The position numbers were made by a program, and so were the translations under genes. Under the pieces are notes generated by a model. It was not told where the DNA came from. It did no database searches and was given only the letters and a program-made list of their open reading frames with translations. From Candidatus Woesebacteria bacterium (GTDB lineage Bacteria > Patescibacteriota > Microgenomatia > UBA12405): a stretch of 64,000 nucleotides of DNA. The stretch lies in contig DAOTMI010000001.1 of NCBI GenBank assembly GCA_035450165.1, forward strand, positions 45,888 through 109,887, read 5' to 3'. Below are positions 28,896 through 38,152 of this stretch, one piece after another. How positions within the stretch are numbered: position 1 is the first letter of the stretch; every line of letters starts with the position of its first letter.

Positions 28896-31800
28896 GTTTT
28901 TCCTCCTCTAAAACTGTCGGTGTAACCTCTTCGGGTTCTTGGGTCTCTTTAACTCCGATGGGATTGACATCCAAGGCTAAACCAGCTAATTCCCGCGTTA
29001 ATACTTTAAACGATTCAGGCACCGCTGGCTCGGGAATAGGTAGTCCTTTAATGATAGCTTGGAAAGCTTTAGTTCGGCCTTCCAAATCATCAGATTTAAT
29101 GGTTAACATTTCCTGAAGAATGTGGGCCGCTCGATGGGATTCTAAAGCCCAAACTTCCATTTCTCCCAATCGCTGTCCCCCCATTCTTGCCCGGCCACCT
29201 AGAGGCTGTTGAGTTACCAAAGAATAAGGACCTGTAGAACGAGCGTGCACCTTATCGTCCACCATGTGAACTAATTTTAAAATATATCCGATACCTACCA
29301 CCGATTTATAATCATATGGCTGACCAGTTCGACCATCATAAAGTTGCATTTTTCCGTTGGTTGGCAGTCCTGCCTGTTCCAGTTCTGCCTCAATAACTTT
29401 TTCCTCATATTTTCCAAAGACAGGAACAGCATATTTTTTATTCAAATGAAGACCGGCATGAGCCAAAGTAGTTTCTAAAACCTGACCTAAATTCATTCTG
29501 GCAATAACTGACAAGGGTGACATTACTAAGTCAATCGGAGTACCATCGGCTAAATAAGGCATATCATATTCTGGTAAAATGCGGCAAATAACACCTTTGT
29601 TTCCATGACGACCAGCAATTTTATCACCTTCTTGAATTCGGCGGATTTGGGCTACATAAACTTTGATTACCTTATTGACCCCCGGATCTAACTCATCGCC
29701 TCGGTCCTTATCTAAAATATCAACTTTAATTACCACCCCTCCTTCACCATTAGGAACTCGAAGAGAAGTATCTTTAACCTCCCTAGCTTTCTCTCCAAAA
29801 ATCGCCCGTAATAATCTTTCTTCGGCTGATAACTCTTTTTCTCCTCGCGGCTCCACCTTACCTACCAGAATATCATTGGGGCCAACAGTAGCTCCGATCA
29901 TTACTAAACCATCATCTGTTAACTTAGATAATTCTGCTTCAGACACATTGGGAATATCTTTGGTTAATTCTTCAGAACCAAGTTTGGTTTCTACCACCTC
30001 AGCTACATATTCATAAATTTGAATGTTGGTTAAAATATCTTCCTTTACTAATCGGTCAGAAATTAAGAAAGAATCTTCAAAACCTAAACCGTCAATGGAA
30101 GCATAAGCAACTAACAAATTTCGACCAATCGATAATTCTCCTTGCGAAGTCGCCGGACCATCAATTAAAAGATCACCCTTTTTAACCCGATCGCCCACAT
30201 TAACTACTGCCTGTTGGTTATAACAGGTTCCATAAGGTGAAGTTCGTTCAAACTTAGTAATCGGATACGTTTCTGTTTTACCGTTATGGCTAATAAAACT
30301 GTGCTCTGTCCCATCTTCAACTTTGGCCTTTTTATCCAAAGTGACTACTATTTTTTCGCCATCAACATAAGTTACTTTTCCTGAATTAACTGCCTTAACT
30401 GTTCGTCCTAAAGCAGTAGCAATAGGTTTTTCCATGCCCGTTCCGACAATTGGAACTTCAGTTTTAATCAAAGGAACTGCCTGGGTCTGCATATGAGAAC
30501 CCATTAAAGCCCGAGTGGCATCGTCATGATCAACAAAGGGAATTAAGGAAGCAGAAACTCCCACAATTTGGTTAGGGACTAAATCAATATAATCTACCCG
30601 ATCAATTGGACCTTCAATAAACTCGCCCCGATAACGGATTGGCACCCATTTTTGCCGAATTATACCTTTTTCATCAATTTTAATTCCCAAGTGAGTAATC
30701 TGATGATTAAATTCATCATTAGCATCAAGGTAGACAAAATCATCGGTCACCTTATAATCATTACCCATTTTTTGAATTTTTCTAAAGGGAGCTTCAATAA
30801 AACCATAGTCATTCACCCGAGCATAAAGGGCCAAATAAGTTACTAAACCAATATTAGGACCCTCAGGTGAACGAACGGTGCAAATTCGACCATATTGGCT
30901 TGAATGAACATCTCTAATACTAAAAGCGGCTCTTTCTCGTGAAAGACCACCCTGGCCGATAACTGTTACCCGACGAAGTAAATCCAATTCTGATAAAGGA
31001 TTAGTTTGATCCAAAATAGCCGATAATTGATTGGAACGAAAAAAGGTATTCAGGGCTGAAATAAGTGGTTGAGGATTAATTATTTGACTGGGAATACATT
31101 TCTCTTTAGTTGAAATTAAGGACATTCTTTCCTTAACCATTCTTTCAAAACGAACCAGTGCCGGCCGGAGAGCAATTTGAGCCACTACCTCTCCACAACA
31201 GCGGAGACGGCGATTGGCTAAACTATCGATATCATCTAATTGTGTCATCTCTCCTTTCTGCAACTTAATCAAATAACGAACCGTTTCAATTAAATCTTCT
31301 TCTCTTAAAACCCAATTTTCTTTATTATTATCATCAAAATTAAAACCAAATTTTTTGTTAATTTTAAACCGACCAACCCGTCCTAACTCATAACTTCGCA
31401 AGTTAAAAAACCTTTCGTTAAAAAATCTCTGAGCATTTTCCATCACTACCGGCTCACCAGGATGTGACTTTTTATAGAACTCAATCAGAGCTTCCTCAGC
31501 CGATTTAGACGGATCGGCTGCCAATGTACTTTCAATAAAATTACCAAACTCCGCTATTAATTGTTTGTCATCTAAACCACAGGCAGCCCTTAAAATAACG
31601 GTAGCCGGAAATTTTTTTCTCTTGTCAATTCTGGCAAAAATAACGTCTTTCTTGCCAACAAAAAACTCCAGCCATGAACCATGAATCGGTCTAATTTCAG
31701 CATTATAAAGGACTTTACCAGTAGTCGGATCAGTTTCTCCAGTGAAATAAACCCCGGGAGAACGGACTAATTGATTAATAATGCCCCTTCTAATTCCACT

Positions 31801-32160
31801 GATAATAAAGGTTCCCTCTTCCGTCATGGTGGGTAGATTTAAAAGAAAAACATTCTCACTTGTCTCAACTCCTGTTCTTTTATTAAGAAGTTTGGCTTCT
31901 ATTCTTACCGGAAGAGCATAATTAATACCTTTATGTCGAGCTGTTTGGGGAGCAATTAGAATTGGATCATAACTTAATTTACCCAAAGTTAATTCCCAAT
32001 TATTACCAGTATAATCAGTAATAGGTGAAATTGACTGGAGTATTTCCTCAAAATCACAATTGAGGAAGCGCCGCCAAGACTGTTTCTGCACTGCCACTAA
32101 ATCAAGCTCCGGAAGATTTGGATACTGTCTACCCCAATTAAGCCTTTTAGCCACGCTCAT
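28888..32160 (-). CDS. rpoB: DNA-directed RNA polymerase beta subunit
   Basis: QLVRSPG, PEGPNIGL, GDKIAGRHGNKG, HARSTGPYSL, GGQRLGEMEVWALE. Confidence 0.99.
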   Translation of the reverse strand: MSVAKRLNWGRQYPNLPELDLVAVQKQSWRRFLNCDFEEILQSISPITDYTGNNWELTLGKLSYDPILIAPQTARHKGINYALPVRIEAKLLNKRTGVETSENVFLLNLPTMTEEGTFIISGIRRGIINQLVRSPGVYFTGETDPTTGKVLYNAEIRPIHGSWLEFFVGKKDVIFARIDKRKKFPATVILRAACGLDDKQLIAEFGNFIESTLAADPSKSAEEALIEFYKKSHPGEPVVMENAQRFFNERFFNLRSYELGRVGRFKINKKFGFNFDDNNKENWVLREEDLIETVRYLIKLQKGEMTQLDDIDSLANRRLRCCGEVVAQIALRPALVRFERMVKERMSLISTKEKCIPSQIINPQPLISALNTFFRSNQLSAILDQTNPLSELDLLRRVTVIGQGGLSRERAAFSIRDVHSSQYGRICTVRSPEGPNIGLVTYLALYARVNDYGFIEAPFRKIQKMGNDYKVTDDFVYLDANDEFNHQITHLGIKIDEKGIIRQKWVPIRYRGEFIEGPIDRVDYIDLVPNQIVGVSASLIPFVDHDDATRALMGSHMQTQAVPLIKTEVPIVGTGMEKPIATALGRTVKAVNSGKVTYVDGEKIVVTLDKKAKVEDGTEHSFISHNGKTETYPITKFERTSPYGTCYNQQAVVNVGDRVKKGDLLIDGPATSQGELSIGRNLLVAYASIDGLGFEDSFLISDRLVKEDILTNIQIYEYVAEVVETKLGSEELTKDIPNVSEAELSKLTDDGLVMIGATVGPNDILVGKVEPRGEKELSAEERLLRAIFGEKAREVKDTSLRVPNGEGGVVIKVDILDKDRGDELDPGVNKVIKVYVAQIRRIQEGDKIAGRHGNKGVICRILPEYDMPYLADGTPIDLVMSPLSVIARMNLGQVLETTLAHAGLHLNKKYAVPVFGKYEEKVIEAELEQAGLPTNGKMQLYDGRTGQPYDYKSVVGIGYILKLVHMVDDKVHARSTGPYSLVTQQPLGGRARMGGQRLGEMEVWALESHRAAHILQEMLTIKSDDLEGRTKAFQAIIKGLPIPEPAVPESFKVLTRELAGLALDVNPIGVKETQEPEEVTPTVLEEEKHV

Positions 32161-32224
32161 TAAAATTTAATTTTGAAGTTTTATTAAAAGAGAAAGGCTC
32201 TTTTCAGCCTTCCAAATGCCTTGT

Positions 32225-32253
32225 ATTATAACGCCCATGTCAAGTCAAAGCAA
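32225..32253 (-). promoter_or_regulatory. Putative sigma70 promoter of rpoBC
   Basis: Minus strand TTGCTT-17 nt-TATAAT. Confidence 0.65.
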
Positions 32254-32290
32254 CAACTAAATCATAGATTGTCAGAAACCCAATTAAAAC

Positions 32291-32316
32291 CCTTCTGCTA
32301 GCCGGCTGGCAGACGG
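32291..32316. repeat. GC-rich micro-palindrome between divergent promoters
   Basis: CCtTCTGCTAGCCGGCTGGCAGAcGG, near-perfect inverted repeat. Confidence 0.7.
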
Positions 32317-32322
32317 CTCTCC

Positions 32323-32352
32323 TTGACAGAGGAGCAAGGCAAAGTATATATT
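32323..32352 (+). promoter_or_regulatory. Sigma70 promoter, -10 ending 6 nt before ATG 32359
   Basis: TTGACA-18 nt-TATATT. Confidence 0.55.
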
Positions 32353-32358
32353 TAAATC

Positions 32359-32850
32359 ATGAAAATTACCAAAAAAGTTTTAGGGATTTTGTTTCTCTTG
32401 TTAATTTCTCCTAAATTGACTTTGGCCGGCGGTTTTACCGTCAGTTCTATTGGCGGCGTCAGCACCAATAATATTCAGGTAAGTAAATTTTGGCATACTT
32501 CTCTCCAACCGACTTTTAGAGGAACGGCTTTGCCTTCGAGTAATGTTACTATCGATATTGATGGAACGGCGATTCAGGTCGCAGCCGATTCCAGTGGTGA
32601 TTGGGTTTATACACCGGCAGCAAGTTTAACCACGGGTGCCCACCAGGTAACCTTTACCAACAATGGCTCAACCCAAAAAATAACCCTAACTTTAGGAGAT
32701 TTAAGTGGAATGGATGTAGGAGGAATCAGTAGTTCTACCAGCGCCACGCCGGCGGCGGGAGTTACCTGGCCAACAGTCTTAATCCTTTCTCTGGGTGGAT
32801 TCAGTATCGTTCTGGGATTAAAATATCGGCATGCCCAAGTTCTATCTTAA
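32359..32850 (+). CDS. Secreted bacterial Ig-like domain protein with LPxTG-like C-terminal sorting signal
   Basis: Signal peptide; PTFRGTA...ADSSGDW..TP...G.HQVT (Big-type); TPAAG + hydrophobic stretch + KYRH. Confidence 0.7.
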   Translation: MKITKKVLGILFLLLISPKLTLAGGFTVSSIGGVSTNNIQVSKFWHTSLQPTFRGTALPSSNVTIDIDGTAIQVAADSSGDWVYTPAASLTTGAHQVTFTNNGSTQKITLTLGDLSGMDVGGISSSTSATPAAGVTWPTVLILSLGGFSIVLGLKYRHAQVLS

Positions 32851-33820
32851 AACATTTGGTTGTGCCCAAAATACGGCCGATTCAGAGCGGATAAAAGCAT
32901 TTTACCAACACAAGGGGTGGCAGGAGGTGGTTGATTGGAAAAAGGCGGACGAAATCATCATCAATAGCTGTATTGTTAGAGAATCGGCTGAAAACAGGGT
33001 CTATGGTTTAATTAATAACATAAGAAAAAATTCAGTCGCAAGAAAACCTAAAATTATCCTCACCGGCTGTTTGGCCGCTGTAGCTAAACAAATAAAAGGA
33101 GTCGATGAAATCTTACCGATAAATCAAATTGCCACCACCGCTGAACCCCTTAGGTGCAGACAGAAAACAGCTCTCATTTCGATTACCAGTGGCTGTAATC
33201 ACTTTTGTTCCTACTGTATTGTCCCCTATACCAGGGGAAGAGAAGTTTCTCGACCTTCAAAAGAAATCTTGAAAGAAATTGACCAGGCAATTAAGGATGG
33301 TTTTAAAGAAATCCTATTGATCGGCCAGAACGTTAACTCGTGGAATAATAACAAATTTCCCCAACTTCTAGAAACTATTGCCAACCGACCGCTTAACAAA
33401 ATTTCGTTCGTTTCAAGCAATCCCTGGAAATTTTCCGATGAACTTATTAAGGTAATTGCCAGACACAACAATATCGACCGCCTTATTCATTTACCATTGC
33501 AATCAGGTGATGATAAAATCTTAAAAAAAATGAACCGAGGTTACACCGCCGCCGACTATTTAAATTTAATTGAGAAAATAAAAAGCAAGGTAAAAAATTC
33601 CAAATTCTCCACTGATATTATCGTTGGCTTTCCGGGTGAAGATGAAAAAGCTTTTCAAAACACAGTCAAACTCTGCCGTCGTGTCGGTTTCGAAATTGCC
33701 TATATCAACAAATATTCTCCCCGGCCGGGAACAATTAGTGCCAAAATATACCCTGATAATGTCCCTCAAACAGAGAAAAAAAGAAGGTGGAAAATATTAA
33801 ATGAATTGATTAATAAATAA
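32831..33820 (+). CDS. miaB: MiaB/RimO-family radical SAM methylthiotransferase (no TRAM domain)
   Basis: TFGCAQN, NSCIVRESAE, LTGCLA, CNHFCSYC, HLPLQSG, DIIVGFPGE, YSPRPGT. Confidence 0.8.
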   Translation: MPKFYLKTFGCAQNTADSERIKAFYQHKGWQEVVDWKKADEIIINSCIVRESAENRVYGLINNIRKNSVARKPKIILTGCLAAVAKQIKGVDEILPINQIATTAEPLRCRQKTALISITSGCNHFCSYCIVPYTRGREVSRPSKEILKEIDQAIKDGFKEILLIGQNVNSWNNNKFPQLLETIANRPLNKISFVSSNPWKFSDELIKVIARHNNIDRLIHLPLQSGDDKILKKMNRGYTAADYLNLIEKIKSKVKNSKFSTDIIVGFPGEDEKAFQNTVKLCRRVGFEIAYINKYSPRPGTISAKIYPDNVPQTEKKRRWKILNELINK

Positions 33821-33830
33821 AAATTGGAAT

Positions 33831-34742
33831 TTACTTTAAATAATTCTCAATATTTTCCAAATGTTCTTGGTAGGTTTTAGCGTAATGCATCTGGCCGTCT
33901 TTGCCGGTGACATAAAAAAGATAATCACTCGCTGTAGGATGAAAGGCGGCATAAAGAGAATCATAACCCGGGTTACAAATTGGACCTGGTGGTAATCCTT
34001 TATTTTTATAGGTATTATAAGGAGAAACAAGATTAATATCGTCAGCTTGAAGTGGTTGCCAATAAACCTTTGGATTTCTGAATGTATCCCGGGCATATTG
34101 AACCGTAGCATCAATCTGAAGAGCTAAATTAGCTTTTAAACGGTTAAGTAAAATACCGGCAATCATCTGTTTAGTTTCTAATTGCCGTCCCTCCCGTTCT
34201 AATAACGAAGCTAAAATAACAATTTCTTGATCACTCATCAAGTTAGTTGCTCCCACTTTGGCCTGAGCTAACTTTTTGTCAAAATTATCCTTAATTACCT
34301 GTAAAATATCATTTGGAGTAAAATATTCCGGAATTAAATAACTATCCGGAAATAAATAACCTTCCCACTCCTTAGAAAAACGAGGAGTAATTTCCTCTAC
34401 CCGAGAGCCGTCGATAATCCTTAACCAATAATCAGTTGAACCGCCATGGGAAAGCCGCTGCACTATAGCTGCTGTTGACAAATTTGGCGCCAGTCGAAAC
34501 TTACCGGATTGAATTTTTTGTTTCAAACCTAATCTGAAGGTATAAAAAAGAAAAACATATTTATTCCTAATCAAGCGGCTTTTTTCTAATCTGGCGGCAA
34601 TACTGGTTAATTTCTCCCCTTGATTAATAACAAAATCTTTGGGTTGATTCTCAGAAGATACCGGCAAATTACCCCAAAGAAAAAACCCACCCACCACTCC
34701 TAAACACAAAATTAATCCCAAGAAAAGAACCCATTTTTTCAT
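33831..34742 (-). CDS. mltG: Endolytic transglycosylase MltG (YceG-like)
   Basis: N-terminal TM, EGYLFPDSY, ASLLERE, LQIDATVQY, SPYNTY..GLPPGPICNPG. Confidence 0.93.
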   Translation of the reverse strand: MKKWVLFLGLILCLGVVGGFFLWGNLPVSSENQPKDFVINQGEKLTSIAARLEKSRLIRNKYVFLFYTFRLGLKQKIQSGKFRLAPNLSTAAIVQRLSHGGSTDYWLRIIDGSRVEEITPRFSKEWEGYLFPDSYLIPEYFTPNDILQVIKDNFDKKLAQAKVGATNLMSDQEIVILASLLEREGRQLETKQMIAGILLNRLKANLALQIDATVQYARDTFRNPKVYWQPLQADDINLVSPYNTYKNKGLPPGPICNPGYDSLYAAFHPTASDYLFYVTGKDGQMHYAKTYQEHLENIENYLK

Positions 34743-34933
34743 TAGATTTCCGAAAATAAAGCCCGACGATAATTCTTTTGATTTCTAATATAAATCCGGC
34801 CGCAACGACAAGTAACCGTTATTTGACCACGGACTTTTTTTTCCACCCCTTTTTTGAGGGAAGCACCGCAGCCAACACACCGGCCTTGAGATAATAAATA
34901 GGCCTGAATCGGAGCAATTAAATTTTTTATCAT
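34742..34933 (-). CDS. Small zinc-ribbon hypothetical protein
   Basis: CVGC...CRCG; translationally coupled to ruvX and mltG. Confidence 0.75.
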   Translation of the reverse strand: MIKNLIAPIQAYLLSQGRCVGCGASLKKGVEKKVRGQITVTCRCGRIYIRNQKNYRRALFSEI

Positions 34934-35298
34934 ATCGCCCTCCTTAAAATAACAGCGGCCGCAATTGAATCAATCCAAGACTTATATTCTTTCTTTGGCC
35001 TTTTATTATTAATATAAATCTGGTCAGCTTCAATTGTCGAAACTGCTTCTTCAATAAACTCGACCTTTAATTTTAACATAGTCGCCAGTTTGTCACCAAA
35101 TTTTCTGGTCTGGGCAGCTACTTCACCCTCACTTAAACCAAGGTATATTTGATCAATTTCATAGTCCCGAACCAACCGGCGGAGATTATTGAAAAGATTT
35201 TTGTCGTTTTTAAGCGGTAATATTGGTGAAATAATTCCCTTAATTGCTACTGCCAATCCAATTCGTTTTGAACCATAATCAATAGCCAAATAATTCAT
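34930..35298 (-). CDS. ruvX: YqgF/RuvX family RNase H-like nuclease
   Basis: YLAIDYGSKRIGLA, IEEAVST, IDSIAAAVIL. Confidence 0.9.
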   Translation of the reverse strand: MNYLAIDYGSKRIGLAVAIKGIISPILPLKNDKNLFNNLRRLVRDYEIDQIYLGLSEGEVAAQTRKFGDKLATMLKLKVEFIEEAVSTIEADQIYINNKRPKKEYKSWIDSIAAAVILRRAI

Positions 35299-35315
35299 TT
35301 AGTAAATAAGGCAAA

Positions 35316-36035
35316 TCATTCGACGATTCTCGCCCTAACTACCAGCCGGCGAAGATAAGTCCCCGGCGGTGAACAAGTAACTAAGGAAAGATAACGACCA
35401 TCATAGCGCTGTTCTAAAATAGAAAAGTCGGTAGCTTTCACTTCAAAAACATCTTCTACTAGATAAGTATAGTGGACTCGGTCAAAATAAACGATGATCT
35501 GATCGCCTGGAATTAATTTAAATAAAGTTGAAAACACTGTCAAATAAGATTTGGGATTGAAAAACTGCGGTAAAACCGAATGGCCAAAAATAACTGCATT
35601 ACCTCTTTGACCTGGTAGAGCTGTTTGGGGATAATGGATAATGCTTTTCTTTAAATCCTTACCACCGATAGTTACTTCGACATCTTTTATCCCTAATTTA
35701 GGAATAGATAAAAGATAACTTCGATGATCAGTTTCGCTTAAAAGCTCCTGTGAATAGGCCGCTGTTTGACCATTGTTTTGAACAAACCAATTGGAAAGCT
35801 GAGTAAAATCAACTGCTTCAGCCATAATACCTTCTTCATTGTTATAAAATTTGACGGAAAGTGGACTTAAAATAGGTTGGAAGCGACGGCTGTAACCCCA
35901 CTGAAAATACGTTAACGGGTAAAGAACGAAAAGAAAAGATAAAATACCAATGACTAAAAAAATAAAAGACAAATAATTTTTAGCCGCTGGTTTAGATTTT
36001 TTGGCAGGTTTTTTTTTCAAATAAACGTAAGCCAT
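35316..36035 (-). CDS. Sortase
   Basis: N-terminal TM; LSIPKLGI, PGQRGNAVIFGHS (His), LSLVTC (Cys), RLVVRA (Arg). Confidence 0.92.
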   Translation of the reverse strand: MAYVYLKKKPAKKSKPAAKNYLSFIFLVIGILSFLFVLYPLTYFQWGYSRRFQPILSPLSVKFYNNEEGIMAEAVDFTQLSNWFVQNNGQTAAYSQELLSETDHRSYLLSIPKLGIKDVEVTIGGKDLKKSIIHYPQTALPGQRGNAVIFGHSVLPQFFNPKSYLTVFSTLFKLIPGDQIIVYFDRVHYTYLVEDVFEVKATDFSILEQRYDGRYLSLVTCSPPGTYLRRLVVRARIVE

Positions 36036-38152
36036 TAATTTATTCTAGAAACAAGATTAATCCGACTCTTAATAATTGGCAAAGGAAACACCTTACCAAT
36101 CATTGGTAAATTAGACCGAATTTTCCAACTATAAAAATAATCGCAATTATTTTTAAAATAGTTTAGGGCGGAACTCCAGGTTCGACCAACAATTTTTGAT
36201 TTTATGCTCTCTAGATCTAATTTAGGGGCAACTGAACCGGTAATAGTTAACTGACCAATCGCTCTCTGTTCATCGCTTTTTTCTTCCGTAAATTTCAATT
36301 GGTAAACCATCTGCTGGTAGTCAGCTTGATCATCTTTGGTTTCAATTAAAGAATAAATAATTTCATCCTTTTTGGCCGAAGGAATAACAAAAACAGTCAT
36401 TGTTAATTCCTGAACTGCCGATAATTCATCAATTACTTCACCAACATTGCGATTAAATTCAATTTTCTTGGATTGAGTTCTAACAGTCTCTGGCAAGGCC
36501 CCGGCCAAATTATTAATATCTTTTTCAATTTTTTCTTTAATAGTTGTTTCGACTGCTCTCTTTAGGCGCGATTCTAGTTCTATCTTATCTTGACGGTCAA
36601 CAACTTGGACTTCCTGCCGACTACCACCGGTAAAATCTGCTTCGGTTCTGGCTATTAAAACACTCTCGGGATAATCTTTAAAAACCAATTTTGCTCCCTG
36701 GGAAAGATTAAACTCCGGCCCAATATCGACCGCCCCAACCACTGTTTTAGTCTGACCCAGTTTAAGTACTGCCGGCTCTTGATTAAAATCTAAATTGCCG
36801 CCGGCAACTTGAACCGGAGTTAATAACTCAAACTGTTTATTGTCAGCAGTCATCAAAATTGTTCCAACTGGCAAATTTAGCACTTTTTCCTCCTTATTAA
36901 AAATAACAACACTCCCCTTGGCTTTTTCCCCAACAGTTTTTTTACCGGTTGTAGGAACCTTGTCGCTAACTTTGAGATTAAAAGATTGAATTACTGCCGG
37001 AATTACCCTCGATCCGGGACTGAAAGTGGCTGTTTGGGAATCTAAAGTAACTGGTATAGTTGTTTCCAAAGGCAGGGGTTTTAATAAAAGGACAATTTCT
37101 ACCCGATTTAACAACCATAAGCCAAGGAATAATAGAGGGATAAAAGATAAAAACCAAAGAAAAGCATTTAGTTTTAATTTTAATCTCAATTTAATTTTGG
37201 GTAATTTGGGCCTTATTTTAGGTTTTAAGTCTAGTTGAGCCATCGGCACTTCGACTGGAGGGGAGGTTGTCTCGGGAACTACTGCCGTCGGTGGTTCTAC
37301 TTCGGCCGGCGGTTCCATTGATAAGGCTGTTTCAGACTCGACTGGCGGCAATGATTCGACTGCTGCTGGTTCAACTTCAGCTGGAGAGACTGCCTCTTCT
37401 GTCGGTCCTAAAGATCCCGACTCTACCGGACCAATAATCTGTTTATTAATAAAACTAGCCCAAATTCGGGTAATTTCCTCCAAACTTAAAAACTTTAAAT
37501 CGGGTAAATGAAAGAAAATATCACCAATCTTTTTACCTATCCAAGGGTAATTCTTGATATCATCTATCGGCAGATTGGGAGTATCACCAAAAAAAATCAA
37601 TAGAGGTGGTAGGGTCGATTGGGACGAGAGATTAGCTAAAACATTTTCAATCGCTTTGGGAGAAAAACCGTCGCTAAAAGTTTCATGAAATCGTTCTTTT
37701 ACTTTGCCAAAATAAACCAAAGAAAGATTAAATTGACGTCGGCCTAGATTAATTAAAATAAAACTATTACTAAATGACTCGTCATTTTCAACTGATTCGA
37801 CTAGGGCTTCATCATTACCGATAAAACCCAACGGTTTAAATTTAAGTTTCTTACAAATCTCTTCGATTAGTTTAAATTTGGCTGCCGTAATTTGACCATC
37901 GATATCAATCCAAAAAGGAGAAAGAATAAAAGCGGCTAACTCCGGCTCAGCTGCTTCCTCAATAGCCGCCATTTGGGCTGTTTCACTTAAGGAGGCATCT
38001 ACCGCCAAAATCAGCGACTCTTCTGAATCTGGCTCATATATCTTTGGTTTACCGGTAACAATACGTTCAAATTGATTTCCGGCAAACAAAACCAAAGAAA
38101 CATTAACCTCTTCCTCATCGATAGCAATCAGCCAATAGTTATTAGTTGCCAT
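36035..38152 (-). CDS. Large bitopic membrane protein with baseplate J-like extracellular region
   Basis: Cytoplasmic N-domain, P/E-rich linker, TM, then KAKGSVVIFN..LPVGT..A...GPEFNL..FTGG pattern. Confidence 0.6.
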   Translation of the reverse strand: MATNNYWLIAIDEEEVNVSLVLFAGNQFERIVTGKPKIYEPDSEESLILAVDASLSETAQMAAIEEAAEPELAAFILSPFWIDIDGQITAAKFKLIEEICKKLKFKPLGFIGNDEALVESVENDESFSNSFILINLGRRQFNLSLVYFGKVKERFHETFSDGFSPKAIENVLANLSSQSTLPPLLIFFGDTPNLPIDDIKNYPWIGKKIGDIFFHLPDLKFLSLEEITRIWASFINKQIIGPVESGSLGPTEEAVSPAEVEPAAVESLPPVESETALSMEPPAEVEPPTAVVPETTSPPVEVPMAQLDLKPKIRPKLPKIKLRLKLKLNAFLWFLSFIPLLFLGLWLLNRVEIVLLLKPLPLETTIPVTLDSQTATFSPGSRVIPAVIQSFNLKVSDKVPTTGKKTVGEKAKGSVVIFNKEEKVLNLPVGTILMTADNKQFELLTPVQVAGGNLDFNQEPAVLKLGQTKTVVGAVDIGPEFNLSQGAKLVFKDYPESVLIARTEADFTGGSRQEVQVVDRQDKIELESRLKRAVETTIKEKIEKDINNLAGALPETVRTQSKKIEFNRNVGEVIDELSAVQELTMTVFVIPSAKKDEIIYSLIETKDDQADYQQMVYQLKFTEEKSDEQRAIGQLTITGSVAPKLDLESIKSKIVGRTWSSALNYFKNNCDYFYSWKIRSNLPMIGKVFPLPIIKSRINLVSRIN

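Noticed and set aside
25170-32160. Inteins or introns in rpoB/rpoC
   Set aside because: The ORFs are uninterrupted and of ordinary size. The extra helical segment near the rpoC N-terminus looks like a lineage-specific coiled-coil insertion without intein motifs.
36035-38152. Possible prophage or tailocin suggested by the baseplate J-like region
   Set aside because: No other phage structural, integrase or lysis genes; the protein has a TM anchor and is coupled to housekeeping genes.
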